The position numbers and the translations under genes were made by a program. 64,000 bases of DNA. Origin: Clostridium omnivorum. Lineage in GTDB: Bacteria; Bacillota; Clostridia; Clostridiales; Clostridiaceae. The stretch spans positions 3,196,728 to 3,260,727 of the forward strand of contig NZ_BRXR01000001.1 in NCBI RefSeq assembly GCF_026012015.1, given 5' to 3'. The number at the start of each line of letters is the position of its first letter. Position 1 is the stretch's first letter. Below the pieces are notes generated by a model. It saw nothing but the letters and a program-made list of their open reading frames with translations. It was not told where the DNA came from and did not search any database. Positions 49,931-61,116 of this stretch are shown piece by piece.

Positions 49931-49980
49931 TAAAGTATAGTTTATGGAAGTAATTTCAAGAAAGGAATGGGGGAATAAAA

Positions 49981-51300
49981 ATGAAGGAATACTTTGTAAA
50001 TGTACCTGTAATAAAATACGAGGGGAAGGATTCTAAAAATCCTTTTGCTTTTAAGTATTACAATCCAGATGAGCTTGTAGGCGGAAAGACAATGAAGGAG
50101 CACTTAAGATTTACAATGTCTTACTGGCATACATTAACTGCTAACGGAACAGATCCCTTTGGAGTTGGAACCTATGAAAAACCTTGGGATGGAGAAACTG
50201 ACCCTATAAAACTTGCTAGGATGAGACTAGAAGGTGCCTTTGAATTTATGAATAAGCTTGGAATAGACTATTTTGCGTTCCATGATAGAGATATTGCTCC
50301 TGAAGGAAAAGACTTAGCTGAAACAAATGCAATACTTGATGAAATAGTAGCTTATGCTAAAGAGTTAATGGCAAAACATAATAAAAAGCTCTTGTGGGGA
50401 ACTGCAAATATGTTCTCAAATCCTAGATTTGTACATGGTGCAGCAACAACTTGCAATGCTGATGTTTATGCATATGCTGCAGCTCAAGTTAAAAAAGCTC
50501 TTGAAATAACAAATGAATTAGGTGGAGAAAATTACGTGTTTTGGGGTGGAAGAGAAGGATATGAGACTCTTTTAAATACTAATTTAAAGTTAGAACAGGA
50601 TAATCTAGCTAGATTATTTCATATGGCAGTAGATTATGCTAAGAAAATTGGATTCACAGGACAATTTCTAATAGAGCCTAAACCAAAGGAGCCAACAAAG
50701 CATCAATATGATTTTGATGTAGCTGCTGTATTAGCCTTCTTAAGAAAATATAATTTAGATAATTATTTTAAAGTTAATATAGAAGCTAACCATGCAACCC
50801 TTGCAGGGCATACCTTCCAGCATGAGGTGGCAATGGCTAGAATAAATGGAGCGTTAGGAAGTCTTGATATAAATCAAGGAGATCCAAATTTAGGTTGGGA
50901 TACAGACCAGTTTCCAACAAATATCTATGATGCTGCTCTTATTATGTATGAAGTTCTTAAAAATGGAGGAATTGCTCCTGGAGGACTTAACTTTGATGCG
51001 AAGGTAAGAAGAGCTTCCTTTGAAGCAGAAGATTTATTCTTAGGCTATATAGCAGGTATGGATACACTTGCTAAGGGCTTAAAGGTTGCATATAAGATGT
51101 TTGAAGAAGGCGAATTTGAAAAAGTTGTAGAAGATAGATACAGAAGCTTCTCTGAGGGTATTGGTAAGGATATAATTGAAGGCAAAGTAGATTTTGAAGC
51201 TTTAGAAAGGTATGCCTTAAACAATAGTACTATTAAAAATAAGTCAGGAAGACAAGAACTTTTAGAAGCAAAATTAAATCAATATATATTCAACGAATAA
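49981..51300 (+). CDS. xylA: Xylose isomerase
   Basis: N-terminus [27 protein letters not shown] and motifs FHDRD, WGGREG and metal-binding FLIEPKP...HATLAGH. Confidence 0.9.
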   Translation: MKEYFVNVPVIKYEGKDSKNPFAFKYYNPDELVGGKTMKEHLRFTMSYWHTLTANGTDPFGVGTYEKPWDGETDPIKLARMRLEGAFEFMNKLGIDYFAFHDRDIAPEGKDLAETNAILDEIVAYAKELMAKHNKKLLWGTANMFSNPRFVHGAATTCNADVYAYAAAQVKKALEITNELGGENYVFWGGREGYETLLNTNLKLEQDNLARLFHMAVDYAKKIGFTGQFLIEPKPKEPTKHQYDFDVAAVLAFLRKYNLDNYFKVNIEANHATLAGHTFQHEVAMARINGALGSLDINQGDPNLGWDTDQFPTNIYDAALIMYEVLKNGGIAPGGLNFDAKVRRASFEAEDLFLGYIAGMDTLAKGLKVAYKMFEEGEFEKVVEDRYRSFSEGIGKDIIEGKVDFEALERYALNNSTIKNKSGRQELLEAKLNQYIFNE

Positions 51301-51311
51301 TAGTGTAAAAT

Positions 51312-51380
51312 AATGTAGAGACCCGTAGATAATTTTAGTTTAAATATTGAATCTGCAGCAAAGGTCTCTACATTATATTT
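51312..51380 (+). terminator. Hairpin between xylA and xylR (terminator/attenuator candidate with a long loop)
   Basis: AATGTAGAGACC ... GGTCTCTACATT, a 12-bp perfect stem with a loop of about 39 nt, followed by ATATTT. Confidence 0.35.
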
Positions 51381-51395
51381 ATAAGTGGTGATAAA

Positions 51396-52556
51396 ATGAT
51401 AGCTTTAGATCATAGCGATATAAAAACAAATAATAAAAAGAGAATAATAAGCCTTTTAATTAAAGAAAGGGAACTCACAAAATTAGATATATCAAGAAAG
51501 CTTGACATAAGTGTACCTACTGCTACAACTATTGTTGGAGAACTCAGTGAAGAAGGTTTAGTTGAAGAAGCTGGTATGGCTAGTTCTACAGGAGGAAGAA
51601 AGCCCGTCATAATAAGGTTTTTACCTAATTCAAGGTACACTATAGGAGTTGACTTAGGAAAGGACTATATTAGGGCTGTTTTAACTAACCTTGACAGCAA
51701 AATAATAGAAGATAGAAGAAGAGAACTTAAAACCATTGATAAAGATGAAGTACTGAAAGTTACCAAGGAATTAATAGAAGAAGTAATTAATTTAGATATA
51801 AATAAAAATAGTAAGCTTTTGGGAATAGGCTTATCACTGCCTGGTATTGTGAATCAGGAAGAATTGAAGCTAGAAGTTGCAACTAACTTTAGACTAAAAA
51901 ACATTTCTTTTAAGGAGCTTCAGACTTATTTTAATCTTCCGATTTACCTGGAAAATGAAGCAAATGCAGGAGCTTTAGCTGAATCTAAATTAGGCATAGC
52001 TAAGAATTTAAATAACCTCATTTATGTTTCTATTACGGAAGGCATAGGTGGAGGGATTTTTATTAATAATGACATGTACAGGGGCAGAGACAGAAGAGCT
52101 GGAGAAATAGGGCACATGTGTATTGCCAAAGGAGGAAGGCAGTGTAATTGTGGCAGAAAAGGCTGCTTTGAAACTTATGCCTCAAATCGTGCTCTAATTA
52201 ATAGTTATATTGAAAAGACTAATGTAAAGGTAAAAACTATTGATGAGGTAATAAATAGGTACAAGTTAGGTGAAGAAGACGCAGTAAAGGTAGTAGAGGA
52301 ATATATAGATAATTTGTCTGAGGGTATAGAAAGCTTAGTTTTCATTTTTAACCCCGACTATATTGTTATCGGTGGAGAAATTAGCAAGTACTCAGAAGTA
52401 TTAAGTCAAAAGCTTTCAGATAAAATATTCAGCAATAATGAATTTTACAGGGAAGGGGATGTGAGTATATTGTTTTCATCCTTAGGAGATGATTCTAATA
52501 TTTTAGGTGCATCCCTAATACCAGTTTTTAATAGCTTTGGGCTAGATATAAGATAG
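51396..52556 (+). CDS. xylR: ROK-family transcriptional regulator (xylose repressor-like)
   Basis: N-terminal HTH (LTKLDISRKLDISVPTATTIVGEL) plus a ROK sugar-kinase-like domain with zinc motif CNCGRKGC. It lies between xylA and xylB. Confidence 0.75.
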   Translation: MIALDHSDIKTNNKKRIISLLIKERELTKLDISRKLDISVPTATTIVGELSEEGLVEEAGMASSTGGRKPVIIRFLPNSRYTIGVDLGKDYIRAVLTNLDSKIIEDRRRELKTIDKDEVLKVTKELIEEVINLDINKNSKLLGIGLSLPGIVNQEELKLEVATNFRLKNISFKELQTYFNLPIYLENEANAGALAESKLGIAKNLNNLIYVSITEGIGGGIFINNDMYRGRDRRAGEIGHMCIAKGGRQCNCGRKGCFETYASNRALINSYIEKTNVKVKTIDEVINRYKLGEEDAVKVVEEYIDNLSEGIESLVFIFNPDYIVIGGEISKYSEVLSQKLSDKIFSNNEFYREGDVSILFSSLGDDSNILGASLIPVFNSFGLDIR

Positions 52557-52639
52557 TTATGCACAAATATTAATCACAAATTAATTAATATTGTCCTAAA
52601 AAATGTGGATAAGTTTTTTATAAATAAGGAGTGTTCATT

Positions 52640-54139
52640 ATGAATTTTTTAGGTGTAGATTTAGGAACATCCTCAGTAAAAGTAATAATAATGAATGAGG
52701 AGGGACAAGTAATATGTTCTGTTTCTAAAGATTATGATGTGAGCTATCCAAAGGTAGGCTGGGCAGAGCAAAATCCAGAGGATTGGTGGACTGCAACCAG
52801 AGATGGTATAAGAGAAATAGTTAATAATTCAAAGGTAGAAACAGTAAGCATTAAAGGTATAGGTTTCAGTGGGCAGATGCACGGACTTGTGCTTCTTGAT
52901 AAAGAAGGTGAAGTTTTAAGACCAGCTATACTGTGGTGTGATCAGAGAACGCAGGAAGAATGCGATTATTTAAATAAAGAAATCGGTCAGGAAAAAATAT
53001 CATTTTATACTGGAAATATGGCATTAACAGGTTTTACTGCACCTAAGCTTTTATGGGTAAAAAAGCATGAAGAAGAAATATTCCATAAAATAGCTCATGT
53101 GCTTTTACCAAAGGATTATATAAGGTATAAGCTAACAGGGGAATTTGCTACAGATATATCAGATGCATCAGGTATGCTTATGCTGGATGTAAAGAACAGA
53201 AAATGGTCAAAGGAAATGCTTGAATTACTTCAAATTGAAGAAGAGGTACTTCCTAAAGTTTTTGAATCTTGGGAAGTAACAGGAAAGCTTACAAGGGATG
53301 CAGCAAAAAACACAGGCCTTTCTGAAGATACTGTTGTGGTAGGCGGAGCAGGAGATCAGGCTGCAGGCGCTGTTGGCTGTGGTGTAGTTAAGAGCGGTAT
53401 ATTATCTGCATCCCTTGGAACTTCAGGAGTTATTTTTGCCAGCAGTGACAAATATGAAGTAGACAAAGAAAATAGATTGCACTCCTTTTGTCATTCTAAT
53501 GGAAAGTGGCATCAAATGGGTGTTATGCTTTCTGCTGCTTCCTGCCTAAAGTGGTGGATTGAAGATATAAACAAGAATACTGAAGAAATGGCCTTTGAAA
53601 AACTTTTGGAGGAAGCTTCACTTTCTCCTGCAGGCAGCAGAGGAGTTATTTTTCTTCCCTACCTAATGGGAGAGAGGACACCCTACAGTGACCCAAATGC
53701 AAAAGGGGTTTTCTTTGGACTTAATATAACAAATAAAAGAGAAGATATGACAAGAGCAGTACTTGAAGGAGTATGCTTTGGACTTAGAGATTCTCTTGAA
53801 ATATTGAAAGATTTAAAGGTGCCCATAGAAGCAGTAAGAGTTAGCGGTGGAGGTTCAAAGAGCCTTCTTTGGAGACAAATTTTAGCAGATATATTGGGCG
53901 TTAAGGTTCAGGTTATAAACTCAAAGGAAGGCCCAGCTTATGGAGCGGCTATTTTGGCTGCTGTTGGCTGTGGCAGGTACATAACTGTTGACGAAGCCTG
54001 TGAAAAGCTTATAAAGGTTAATGAGTCAGTTGAGCCAATAGCTGAGAATGTTGAAAAATATAATGGCTACTACAAGATTTATAACAGCTTATATAGAGCA
54101 TTAAAAGATAGTTTTAAGGAAATAAGTGAACTGCAATAA
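52640..54139 (+). CDS. xylB: Xylulokinase (FGGY family)
   Basis: MNFLGVDLGTSSVKV N-terminus and FGGY motifs. The ATG at 52640 has RBS AAGGAG. Confidence 0.85.
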   Translation: MNFLGVDLGTSSVKVIIMNEEGQVICSVSKDYDVSYPKVGWAEQNPEDWWTATRDGIREIVNNSKVETVSIKGIGFSGQMHGLVLLDKEGEVLRPAILWCDQRTQEECDYLNKEIGQEKISFYTGNMALTGFTAPKLLWVKKHEEEIFHKIAHVLLPKDYIRYKLTGEFATDISDASGMLMLDVKNRKWSKEMLELLQIEEEVLPKVFESWEVTGKLTRDAAKNTGLSEDTVVVGGAGDQAAGAVGCGVVKSGILSASLGTSGVIFASSDKYEVDKENRLHSFCHSNGKWHQMGVMLSAASCLKWWIEDINKNTEEMAFEKLLEEASLSPAGSRGVIFLPYLMGERTPYSDPNAKGVFFGLNITNKREDMTRAVLEGVCFGLRDSLEILKDLKVPIEAVRVSGGGSKSLLWRQILADILGVKVQVINSKEGPAYGAAILAAVGCGRYITVDEACEKLIKVNESVEPIAENVEKYNGYYKIYNSLYRALKDSFKEISELQ

Positions 54140-54140
54140 T

Positions 54141-54178
54141 AAAACCTAGGGTGTAATAATGCACCCTAGGTTTTATTC
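54141..54178. terminator. Bidirectional intrinsic terminator
   Basis: AAAACCTAGGGTG-TAATAAT-GCACCCTAGGTTTT, a perfect 13-bp stem with a T-run. Confidence 0.7.
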
Positions 54179-54250
54179 TGCTAAAAACTAAAGAAAATTT
54201 ACAAGGGCAAGGAATAGATAAACAGGTTAAAAAGGAACCTTGAACTCGGT

Positions 54251-55312
54251 TTAATATATTCTTGCAACAACTGCATCTCCAACCTGACTAGTTGTAGCAG
54301 TTCCTCCCATGTCTGGAGTAAGAACATTACCATCAACCAGTACCTCCTGAATGATGTCCAATAATCGTTTACCCCAATCTTCGTATCCAAAGAAATCTAA
54401 CATTTGACTAACTGACCATATAGCTGCTAGTGGGTTTGCTATGTGTTGTCCAGCAATATCCGGTGCTGAACCATGAATTGGCTCAAACATAGAAGGAAAT
54501 TTACGTTCAGGATTTAGGTTTGCACCAGCAGCTAAGCCCATTCCACCAGCAATTGCGGCCCCTAAGTCTGTTAATATATCTCCAAAAAGATTAGAGGTGA
54601 CCACTACTTCAAATCTCTCAGGATGCTTAACCATAAGCATGCTAGCTGCATCAACTAGATAACTGGCAGTTTTAATATCTGGATATTCCTTACTAATCTC
54701 GTTAAAAATCTGATCCCAAAATACCATGGAATAATTAAGTGCATTTCCCTTGCTGATGCTAGTAAGAGACTTACCTTTACTGCGAGCTAGCTGGAAAGCA
54801 TAACGGATTATTCTCTCACAGCCATGACGAGAGAAAACACCATTTTGAATTACAACCTCATAGGGGGAGTTTTTGTAATGCCAGCTGCCACTGCCAGCAT
54901 ACTCTCCTTCACTGTTTTCACGAACAAATATCATATCCACATCTTCACATTTTACATCCTTTAATGGGCATGGTGCGCCTTTAAGCAATTTTACTGGACG
55001 TAGGTTCACATATTGATCAAAGCTTTTTCGGATAGTCAGTAAAAGCTCCCAAAGAGAAATATGATCTGGAACACCAGGAAAACCAACAGCCCCTAGGAAA
55101 ATAGCGTCAAACTTACTTAATTGCTCAATACCATCCTTACTCATCATTCGTCCATTTTTTAGATAGTACTCACACCCCCAAGGAAATGTGACATATTCAA
55201 ATTTAAAGCTTCCATCTAGCTCTGATATCTTATCCAAAACCTTGATTCCCTCAGCAATAACTTCTGGGCCAATGCCATCACCTGGAATGACTGCTATTCT
55301 ATGAACGTACAT
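54251..55312 (-). CDS. Isocitrate/isopropylmalate-dehydrogenase-family enzyme (3-isopropylmalate or tartrate/D-malate dehydrogenase)
   Basis: N-terminus HRIAVIPGDGIGPEV and the family's NLFGDILTD motif. It stands alone, not in a leu operon, which favours a tartrate/D-malate dehydrogenase role. Confidence 0.75.
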   Translation of the reverse strand: MYVHRIAVIPGDGIGPEVIAEGIKVLDKISELDGSFKFEYVTFPWGCEYYLKNGRMMSKDGIEQLSKFDAIFLGAVGFPGVPDHISLWELLLTIRKSFDQYVNLRPVKLLKGAPCPLKDVKCEDVDMIFVRENSEGEYAGSGSWHYKNSPYEVVIQNGVFSRHGCERIIRYAFQLARSKGKSLTSISKGNALNYSMVFWDQIFNEISKEYPDIKTASYLVDAASMLMVKHPERFEVVVTSNLFGDILTDLGAAIAGGMGLAAGANLNPERKFPSMFEPIHGSAPDIAGQHIANPLAAIWSVSQMLDFFGYEDWGKRLLDIIQEVLVDGNVLTPDMGGTATTSQVGDAVVARIY

Positions 55313-55660
55313 TAATAAAACCCCTTCCTATGATTAGAGTTAGATAAAAAATATTCCACTATTTTCTTTTATCCTACTCCAATATAATATATAAGTAAAA
55401 CATATTTAATCCAATAAATTTTTGCTACGTTAATATAAAATTCCTTTTATCTCATGTTTATTTAATGCAGAAAAATATGATATACTATTGTGTACTGGAA
55501 ATAATACTAGGTGGAAAATTATGAGCATAATTTCATGTAATGGTTCTTTTTGTGATATAGCTTTGTAGAATTATGATTCGTAATAGTTATGTTAATTTAC
55601 ATAATTTTGATTTAAAGTTTGTGAGATTTTTAAGTTATTGGGAGAAGGTTAAAGAGTGCC

Positions 55661-58600
55661 ATGAAAAGAATAAATGAAATTTTTAGTGATTATGATACTG
55701 GTGGAAACATAAATACTGCCTTTGTAGAATCGGTAGTATTGAGTAAAAAAACTAAATCCTTAGAAATGCAAATCAGCTCAGACAAATACATAGATGTAAG
55801 GGAATTTGAGGGCTTTAATAAGTTCATAAGAAAAAGATTTGCCTTAGAAGATTCAAAGATTGCAGTAAAGTACGCTGAGGGAACGCATAAAAAGCCTATT
55901 GAAGAAGAACTGAAAAGTATTATATTTTCAGTTGCGGAAAAATACCCTGCATTAAAGGCAGTGCTAGGCAATAGTGAGTATGAAGTTGCTAAAAATACAA
56001 TCAATTTTAATTTTAAATTCGCAGTATCAGACTTTTTAAAGACCATGGATTATGACAGAAAAATCCATGATGTAATAAAAAGCTTATATGGTTCAACTTA
56101 TAAAATCAATTTTGTTGATAAAGTGAGCAGTGAAGAATTAGCAAGAATGCAAGAGGATTCACTTTCAAAGGAAATGCAGCTCATTCAAAAAGAAATTAAG
56201 AATATAGCAAACAATAGTGCACCTAAACCGCCTAAGGAAGCTTTTGAGAAAAAACAGGAAGTGCAAGGAGAAGGCGATGGGAAAAAAGGTGATCCATTCT
56301 TAATATTAGGAAGAAGCACTAAAATTAAGGAACCAATAATAAAGATTGTAGATATTACACCGGATGAGGGAAGGATAGCTATAGAGGGTGAAATATCAAA
56401 TATAGAATCAAAGGAATTAAAGAGTGGAAAAACCTTGGTATCCTTTGATTTATATGATGGCTCAAGCTCTATGACCTGTAAATCTTTCTTGAAGCCAGGT
56501 GAAGAGGAAGAGGTATTACCTAAGCTTAAAAAGGCCAAAGGGGTTAAGCTTGTTGGAAATTCAGGTTACAGCAAGTTCTCCGATGAAATTGAGCTTATTG
56601 CTAATACTATTGTAGAAACAGGAGGCAGAAAGAAGTCCAAGAGACAAGATAATTCAGAAGTTAAGAGGGTAGAACTGCACATGCATACCCAGATGAGTCA
56701 AATGGATGCTATGACAAATGCCACTGACTTGATTAAAAGGGCCATGAGTTGGGGAATGAAAGCTATAGCTATAACGGACCATGGAGTGGTTCAGTCTTTT
56801 CCAGAAGCACATAAGTTACTGGGTAGAGATAATCCAGATATGAAGATTCTCTATGGAGTGGAGGCTTATTTAGCACCAGATAAAAAGCCTTCAGTAACAA
56901 ATTCAAAGGGCCAGAGCATAGATACTACTTATTGCATTCTGGATTTGGAGACCACAGGATTTTCACCAAAAACGGAAAAAATCACTGAAATAGGAATCAT
57001 GAAGCTTAAGGATGGAAAGGTAATAGATGAATTCAGCTGCTTTGTAAATCCTGAGAAGCCTATTCCAGCAAGAGTTGTAGAGGTTACTAATATAACTGAT
57101 GACATGGTAAAGGATGCAGAAACCATAGAAAAGGTATTTCCTAAAATGCTAGAGTTTATCAAAGACAGTGTTTTGGTTGCCCATAATGCAGGCTTTGATA
57201 TTGGCTTCTTAAAGCATAATGCCAAGGTATTAGGTTATGATTTTGATTATACATATGTGGATACATTATCCTTAGCTCAGGCTATATTTCCTGAATATAA
57301 ATCTTATAAATTAGGAAGAATTGCTAAAAACCTTGGTATAAAGGTTGAGGTTGCTCATAGAGCCTTAGACGATGTTGATACAACAGTTAAGGTATTCAAA
57401 GTTATGCTTGAAAAGTTAAAGGAAAGAGGAGCAGAAGCTATAGATGATATGGATTCCTTAGGAAGTGATGAGGCGGCTAAAAAGCAAGAGTATAAGAAGC
57501 TTAAAACCTACCATGCAATTATATTTGCAAAGGATTATGTAGGTCTGAAAAACTTATATAAGCTGGTATCTTATTCTCATTTAGATTACTTTTACAAGAA
57601 GCCCCGTATATTAAAGAGTATGTATAAAAAATATTCCGAAGGCTTGATACTTGGAAGTGCCTGCAGCGAAGGAGAGCTGTACCAGTCAATACTTTTAGGA
57701 AAATCTGATGAGGAAATTGAAGCTATTGCAGAGGATTATGACTATTTGGAAATTCAGCCTCTAGGAAACAATGATTACCTAGTAAGAAATGATCAGGTAG
57801 AGAGTCGAGAGCAATTAAAGGAAATCAATAGAAAAATTGTTGCCTTGGGAGAAAAATTAAATAAGCTTGTAGTGGCTACAGGAGACGTGCATTTCATGGA
57901 TCCTGAGGACGAAATATATAGGCGTATCCTAGAAGCAGGACAGGGTTTTAAGGATGCTGATAATCAGGCGCCATTGTATCTAAGAACAACTGAGGAGATG
58001 CTTGAAGAGTTTTCTTATTTGGGATATGAAAAGGCCTATGAGGTGGTAGTAACAAACACTAACAAGATAGCAGATATGTGCCAGCAGATAAGCCCTATTT
58101 CAAAGGATAAAGCTACACCGCACATAGATGGCTGTGAGCAGACTATAAGGGATATTACTTTTGGAAAGGCTCATGAACTCTATGGAGATCCACTTCCTCA
58201 GATTGTTCAGGAAAGATTGGATAAGGAGCTGGATTCCATTATTAAAAATGGCTTCTCCGTAATGTACATTATTGCACAAAAGCTGGTATGGAAATCCAAT
58301 GAGGATGGATACCTAGTAGGTTCTAGAGGATCTGTTGGATCATCTGTGGTTGCATACATGACTGGGATAACAGAAGTAAATGGTTTGCCGCCACATTACA
58401 GGTGCCCAAAGTGCAAGCATTCTGACTTTACGGATTATGGCGTAAATAACGGCTTTGACTTGCCGGATAAGGTGTGCCCAGTTTGTGGAGAAAATTTAGC
58501 TAAGGATGGTATAGACATACCTTTTGAAACCTTCTTGGGCTTCAATGGTGATAAGGAGCCGGATATCGACTTAAACTTCTCGGGAGAATACCAAGCAAAG

Positions 58601-60022
58601 GCACATAGATATACCGAAGTTATCTTTGGTAAAGGCACAACCTTTAAGGCAGGAACCATAGGAACCATAGCAGAAAAAACAGCATTTGGATACGTGAAAA
58701 AGTATTATGATGAAAAGAATGTTCATGTAAATAAGGCAGAGATTGCTAGAATTTCGGTAGGGTGTACTGGTATTAAGAGAACTACAGGACAGCACCCTGG
58801 TGGAATTATAGTTGTACCCAAAGGACGAGAAATATTTGAATTCTGCCCAGTACAGCATCCTGCTGATGATCCTGATTCAGATATAATAACAACACATTTT
58901 GATTATCACTCCATCGATCAAAACTTATTGAAGCTGGATATACTTGGACACGACGATCCTACAGTTATAAGGATGCTGCAGGATATAACAGGAGTAGATC
59001 CACAAAAAATACCTATGGATGACAAGGATACTATGTCGCTATTCTCATCCACCAGGGCTTTAGGGGTAACACCAGAACAGATAAATTCCAAGGTAGGAAC
59101 CTTTGGTGTTCCTGAATTTGGTACTAAGTTTGTAAGAGGAATGCTTTTAGATACTATGCCAAAAACTTTTTCAGATTTAATATGTATATCAGGACTTTCC
59201 CATGGTACCGATGTGTGGCTGGGAAATGCCAAGGATTTGATTGATCAAGGTGTTATTTCCAGCATAAGTGATGCAGTATGTACAAGAGATGATATTATGG
59301 TTTATCTTATCAAAAAAGGATTGCCTCCAAACTCTGCTTTTAAGATAATGGAGACGGTTCGTAAAGGAAAGGCATTAAAGGAACCTAAGTTCCCAGAATA
59401 TGAAGCTATGATGAGGGAGCATGATGTACCGGAATGGTACATAGCATCCTGTAAAAAGATAAAGTACATGTTTCCTAAGGCGCATGCTGCAGCTTACGTA
59501 ATGATGGCCTTTAGAATAGCTTGGTTTAAGGTTCATATTCCTAAGGCCTACTATGCAGCCTACTTTTCCATAAGAGCAAAGGCCTTTGATGCAGAATTTA
59601 TGATTTATGGAAAAGAAAAGGTTAAAGAGAAGATGAAGGAAATTGAAATGATGGGTATGCAGGCCCCACCTAAGGATAAGGATATGTACGATGACTTAGA
59701 AATAGTTTTAGAAATGTATGAGAGGGGTATCAAGTTTCTTCCAATAGATTTATACAAATCTCATGCTACAAAGTTCCAGCAAGAGGAAGATGGCTTAAGA
59801 CCGCCACTTAACAGTATAGCAGGAATGGGAAATGTGGCAGCAGAAAGCATATATAATGCTGTACAGGAAGCTATTCGAATAGAAAAACCTATAAGCTCTA
59901 TTGAAGACTTAAGAAAGCGTGCTAAGATAGGAAATTCTGCAATAGATTCACTTAAAAAGTTTGGATGTTTTAAAGGACTTCCTGAAAGCGATCAAATATC
60001 CTTCTTTGATATGCTGGGGTAA
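55661..60022 (+). CDS. polC: DNA polymerase III PolC-type (Gram-positive replicative polymerase with intrinsic 3'-5' exonuclease)
   Basis: 1453 aa. The DEDD exonuclease motif YCILDLETTGFSP is inserted in the PHP domain (HMHTQMSQMD), and polymerase core motifs are present. Confidence 0.95.
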   Translation: MKRINEIFSDYDTGGNINTAFVESVVLSKKTKSLEMQISSDKYIDVREFEGFNKFIRKRFALEDSKIAVKYAEGTHKKPIEEELKSIIFSVAEKYPALKAVLGNSEYEVAKNTINFNFKFAVSDFLKTMDYDRKIHDVIKSLYGSTYKINFVDKVSSEELARMQEDSLSKEMQLIQKEIKNIANNSAPKPPKEAFEKKQEVQGEGDGKKGDPFLILGRSTKIKEPIIKIVDITPDEGRIAIEGEISNIESKELKSGKTLVSFDLYDGSSSMTCKSFLKPGEEEEVLPKLKKAKGVKLVGNSGYSKFSDEIELIANTIVETGGRKKSKRQDNSEVKRVELHMHTQMSQMDAMTNATDLIKRAMSWGMKAIAITDHGVVQSFPEAHKLLGRDNPDMKILYGVEAYLAPDKKPSVTNSKGQSIDTTYCILDLETTGFSPKTEKITEIGIMKLKDGKVIDEFSCFVNPEKPIPARVVEVTNITDDMVKDAETIEKVFPKMLEFIKDSVLVAHNAGFDIGFLKHNAKVLGYDFDYTYVDTLSLAQAIFPEYKSYKLGRIAKNLGIKVEVAHRALDDVDTTVKVFKVMLEKLKERGAEAIDDMDSLGSDEAAKKQEYKKLKTYHAIIFAKDYVGLKNLYKLVSYSHLDYFYKKPRILKSMYKKYSEGLILGSACSEGELYQSILLGKSDEEIEAIAEDYDYLEIQPLGNNDYLVRNDQVESREQLKEINRKIVALGEKLNKLVVATGDVHFMDPEDEIYRRILEAGQGFKDADNQAPLYLRTTEEMLEEFSYLGYEKAYEVVVTNTNKIADMCQQISPISKDKATPHIDGCEQTIRDITFGKAHELYGDPLPQIVQERLDKELDSIIKNGFSVMYIIAQKLVWKSNEDGYLVGSRGSVGSSVVAYMTGITEVNGLPPHYRCPKCKHSDFTDYGVNNGFDLPDKVCPVCGENLAKDGIDIPFETFLGFNGDKEPDIDLNFSGEYQAKAHRYTEVIFGKGTTFKAGTIGTIAEKTAFGYVKKYYDEKNVHVNKAEIARISVGCTGIKRTTGQHPGGIIVVPKGREIFEFCPVQHPADDPDSDIITTHFDYHSIDQNLLKLDILGHDDPTVIRMLQDITGVDPQKIPMDDKDTMSLFSSTRALGVTPEQINSKVGTFGVPEFGTKFVRGMLLDTMPKTFSDLICISGLSHGTDVWLGNAKDLIDQGVISSISDAVCTRDDIMVYLIKKGLPPNSAFKIMETVRKGKALKEPKFPEYEAMMREHDVPEWYIASCKKIKYMFPKAHAAAYVMMAFRIAWFKVHIPKAYYAAYFSIRAKAFDAEFMIYGKEKVKEKMKEIEMMGMQAPPKDKDMYDDLEIVLEMYERGIKFLPIDLYKSHATKFQQEEDGLRPPLNSIAGMGNVAAESIYNAVQEAIRIEKPISSIEDLRKRAKIGNSAIDSLKKFGCFKGLPESDQISFFDMLG

Positions 60023-60132
60023 GGAAATTACTTAGTGAAAAAGTTTAGTAAGACTAAATCAAGGAGATTCAAAGTGCTTGATTATAGCATATGCATAACT
60101 AGTTAATATTAAAAAAGTATATTGAATAATAA

Positions 60133-60182
60133 ATGGCGCCATGTATTAGTTAAGGCAACTATTGCATGACGCCATCTTTTTT
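60133..60182 (+). terminator. Intrinsic terminator after polC
   Basis: ATGGCGCCATG ... CATGACGCCAT followed by CTTTTTT. Confidence 0.7.
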
Positions 60183-60437
60183 ATGAGGCTACTTCCAGTA
60201 AAATAAATAGGATTCTTTTGAAGTCCAGAGCTGGTTAATTTGTGATTAGAGTTATATTTTGTGGATAATTAAGGAAATTTTGTGCATAAAAATTTAGTAC
60301 AATACACTATTTTTTATAAACATATTTTTCCTTTTCAAAGGTTTACAATAAAAAAAGAAAATGGTAAAATGAAATAAAACATAACAGTGCTGCATAATAT
60401 TGTAATATACAAATCAAAGTGGAGATGAGGCGGACTC

Positions 60438-61097
60438 GTGAAATTAATAGACGATTTTAAGTGCGTTTTACCAAGTATTTGCTTAATTACAGATGATCCA
60501 TATCGTGTCAAAATGATTGCTGCTCATTATTTGGACAATGTTGAAATATTTACTGAAACACGTGGACAAGTTGGTCTTATGGGTAAATTCAATAGTATCC
60601 CTTTATTTGTTATGTCCGTTGGAATCGGTATAACGTCAACAATGGCTTATTTGACTGAACTTTGCTCAAAGAATAAAATTGAGCGTATTGTCTATTTTGG
60701 TGATTGCGTTACAAATGATTACAGCCTACCTGTTGGTTCAATAACTTACATAAAAAAGGCATATGAAAATGACAAATATTACGATGTATCTGATAATTTA
60801 TTAAAATATGTAGAAATTATAATGAAAAAAAATAATATCAATGCACATGCTTGCGTAACTACTACTAATGATAATTATCTTATTGAAAAAAAGTATATTA
60901 CCAGTGAAGAATCTAGACTTCTAGATTTCACAACTTCTGCTATATATAGAATTAATAAAAGTAATACTAAAGTGGAATCTTTATCTATACTTAATGTTTG
61001 TGAGAATGTTAATACCAACGAAAGAATAGATGAAGCGGTAAGACAAAGTGGCTGCCATTCAGCTATAATGCTAGCACTCCACTCATTAATTTTTTAA
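60438..61097 (+). CDS. Divergent purine-nucleoside-phosphorylase (DeoD/PNP-UDP family)-like protein, possibly catalytically degenerate
   Basis: Collinear with DeoD: ITDDPYRVKMIAAHYL versus MPGDPLRAKYIAETFL; SVGIGITSTMAYLTELCSKNKIERIVYFGDCV versus [32 protein letters not shown]. Conserved Gly/Arg positions are substituted, for example RVGSCG to YFGDCV and MEAAG to DFTTSA. Confidence 0.55.
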   Translation: MKLIDDFKCVLPSICLITDDPYRVKMIAAHYLDNVEIFTETRGQVGLMGKFNSIPLFVMSVGIGITSTMAYLTELCSKNKIERIVYFGDCVTNDYSLPVGSITYIKKAYENDKYYDVSDNLLKYVEIIMKKNNINAHACVTTTNDNYLIEKKYITSEESRLLDFTTSAIYRINKSNTKVESLSILNVCENVNTNERIDEAVRQSGCHSAIMLALHSLIF

Positions 61098-61116
61098 CTT
61101 TTTTTAAAGGGTTGTG

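Noticed and set aside
55690-59232. Several minus-strand ORFs of 77-118 aa inside polC.
   Set aside because: They lie entirely within the highly conserved polC coding sequence and have antisense-frame composition.
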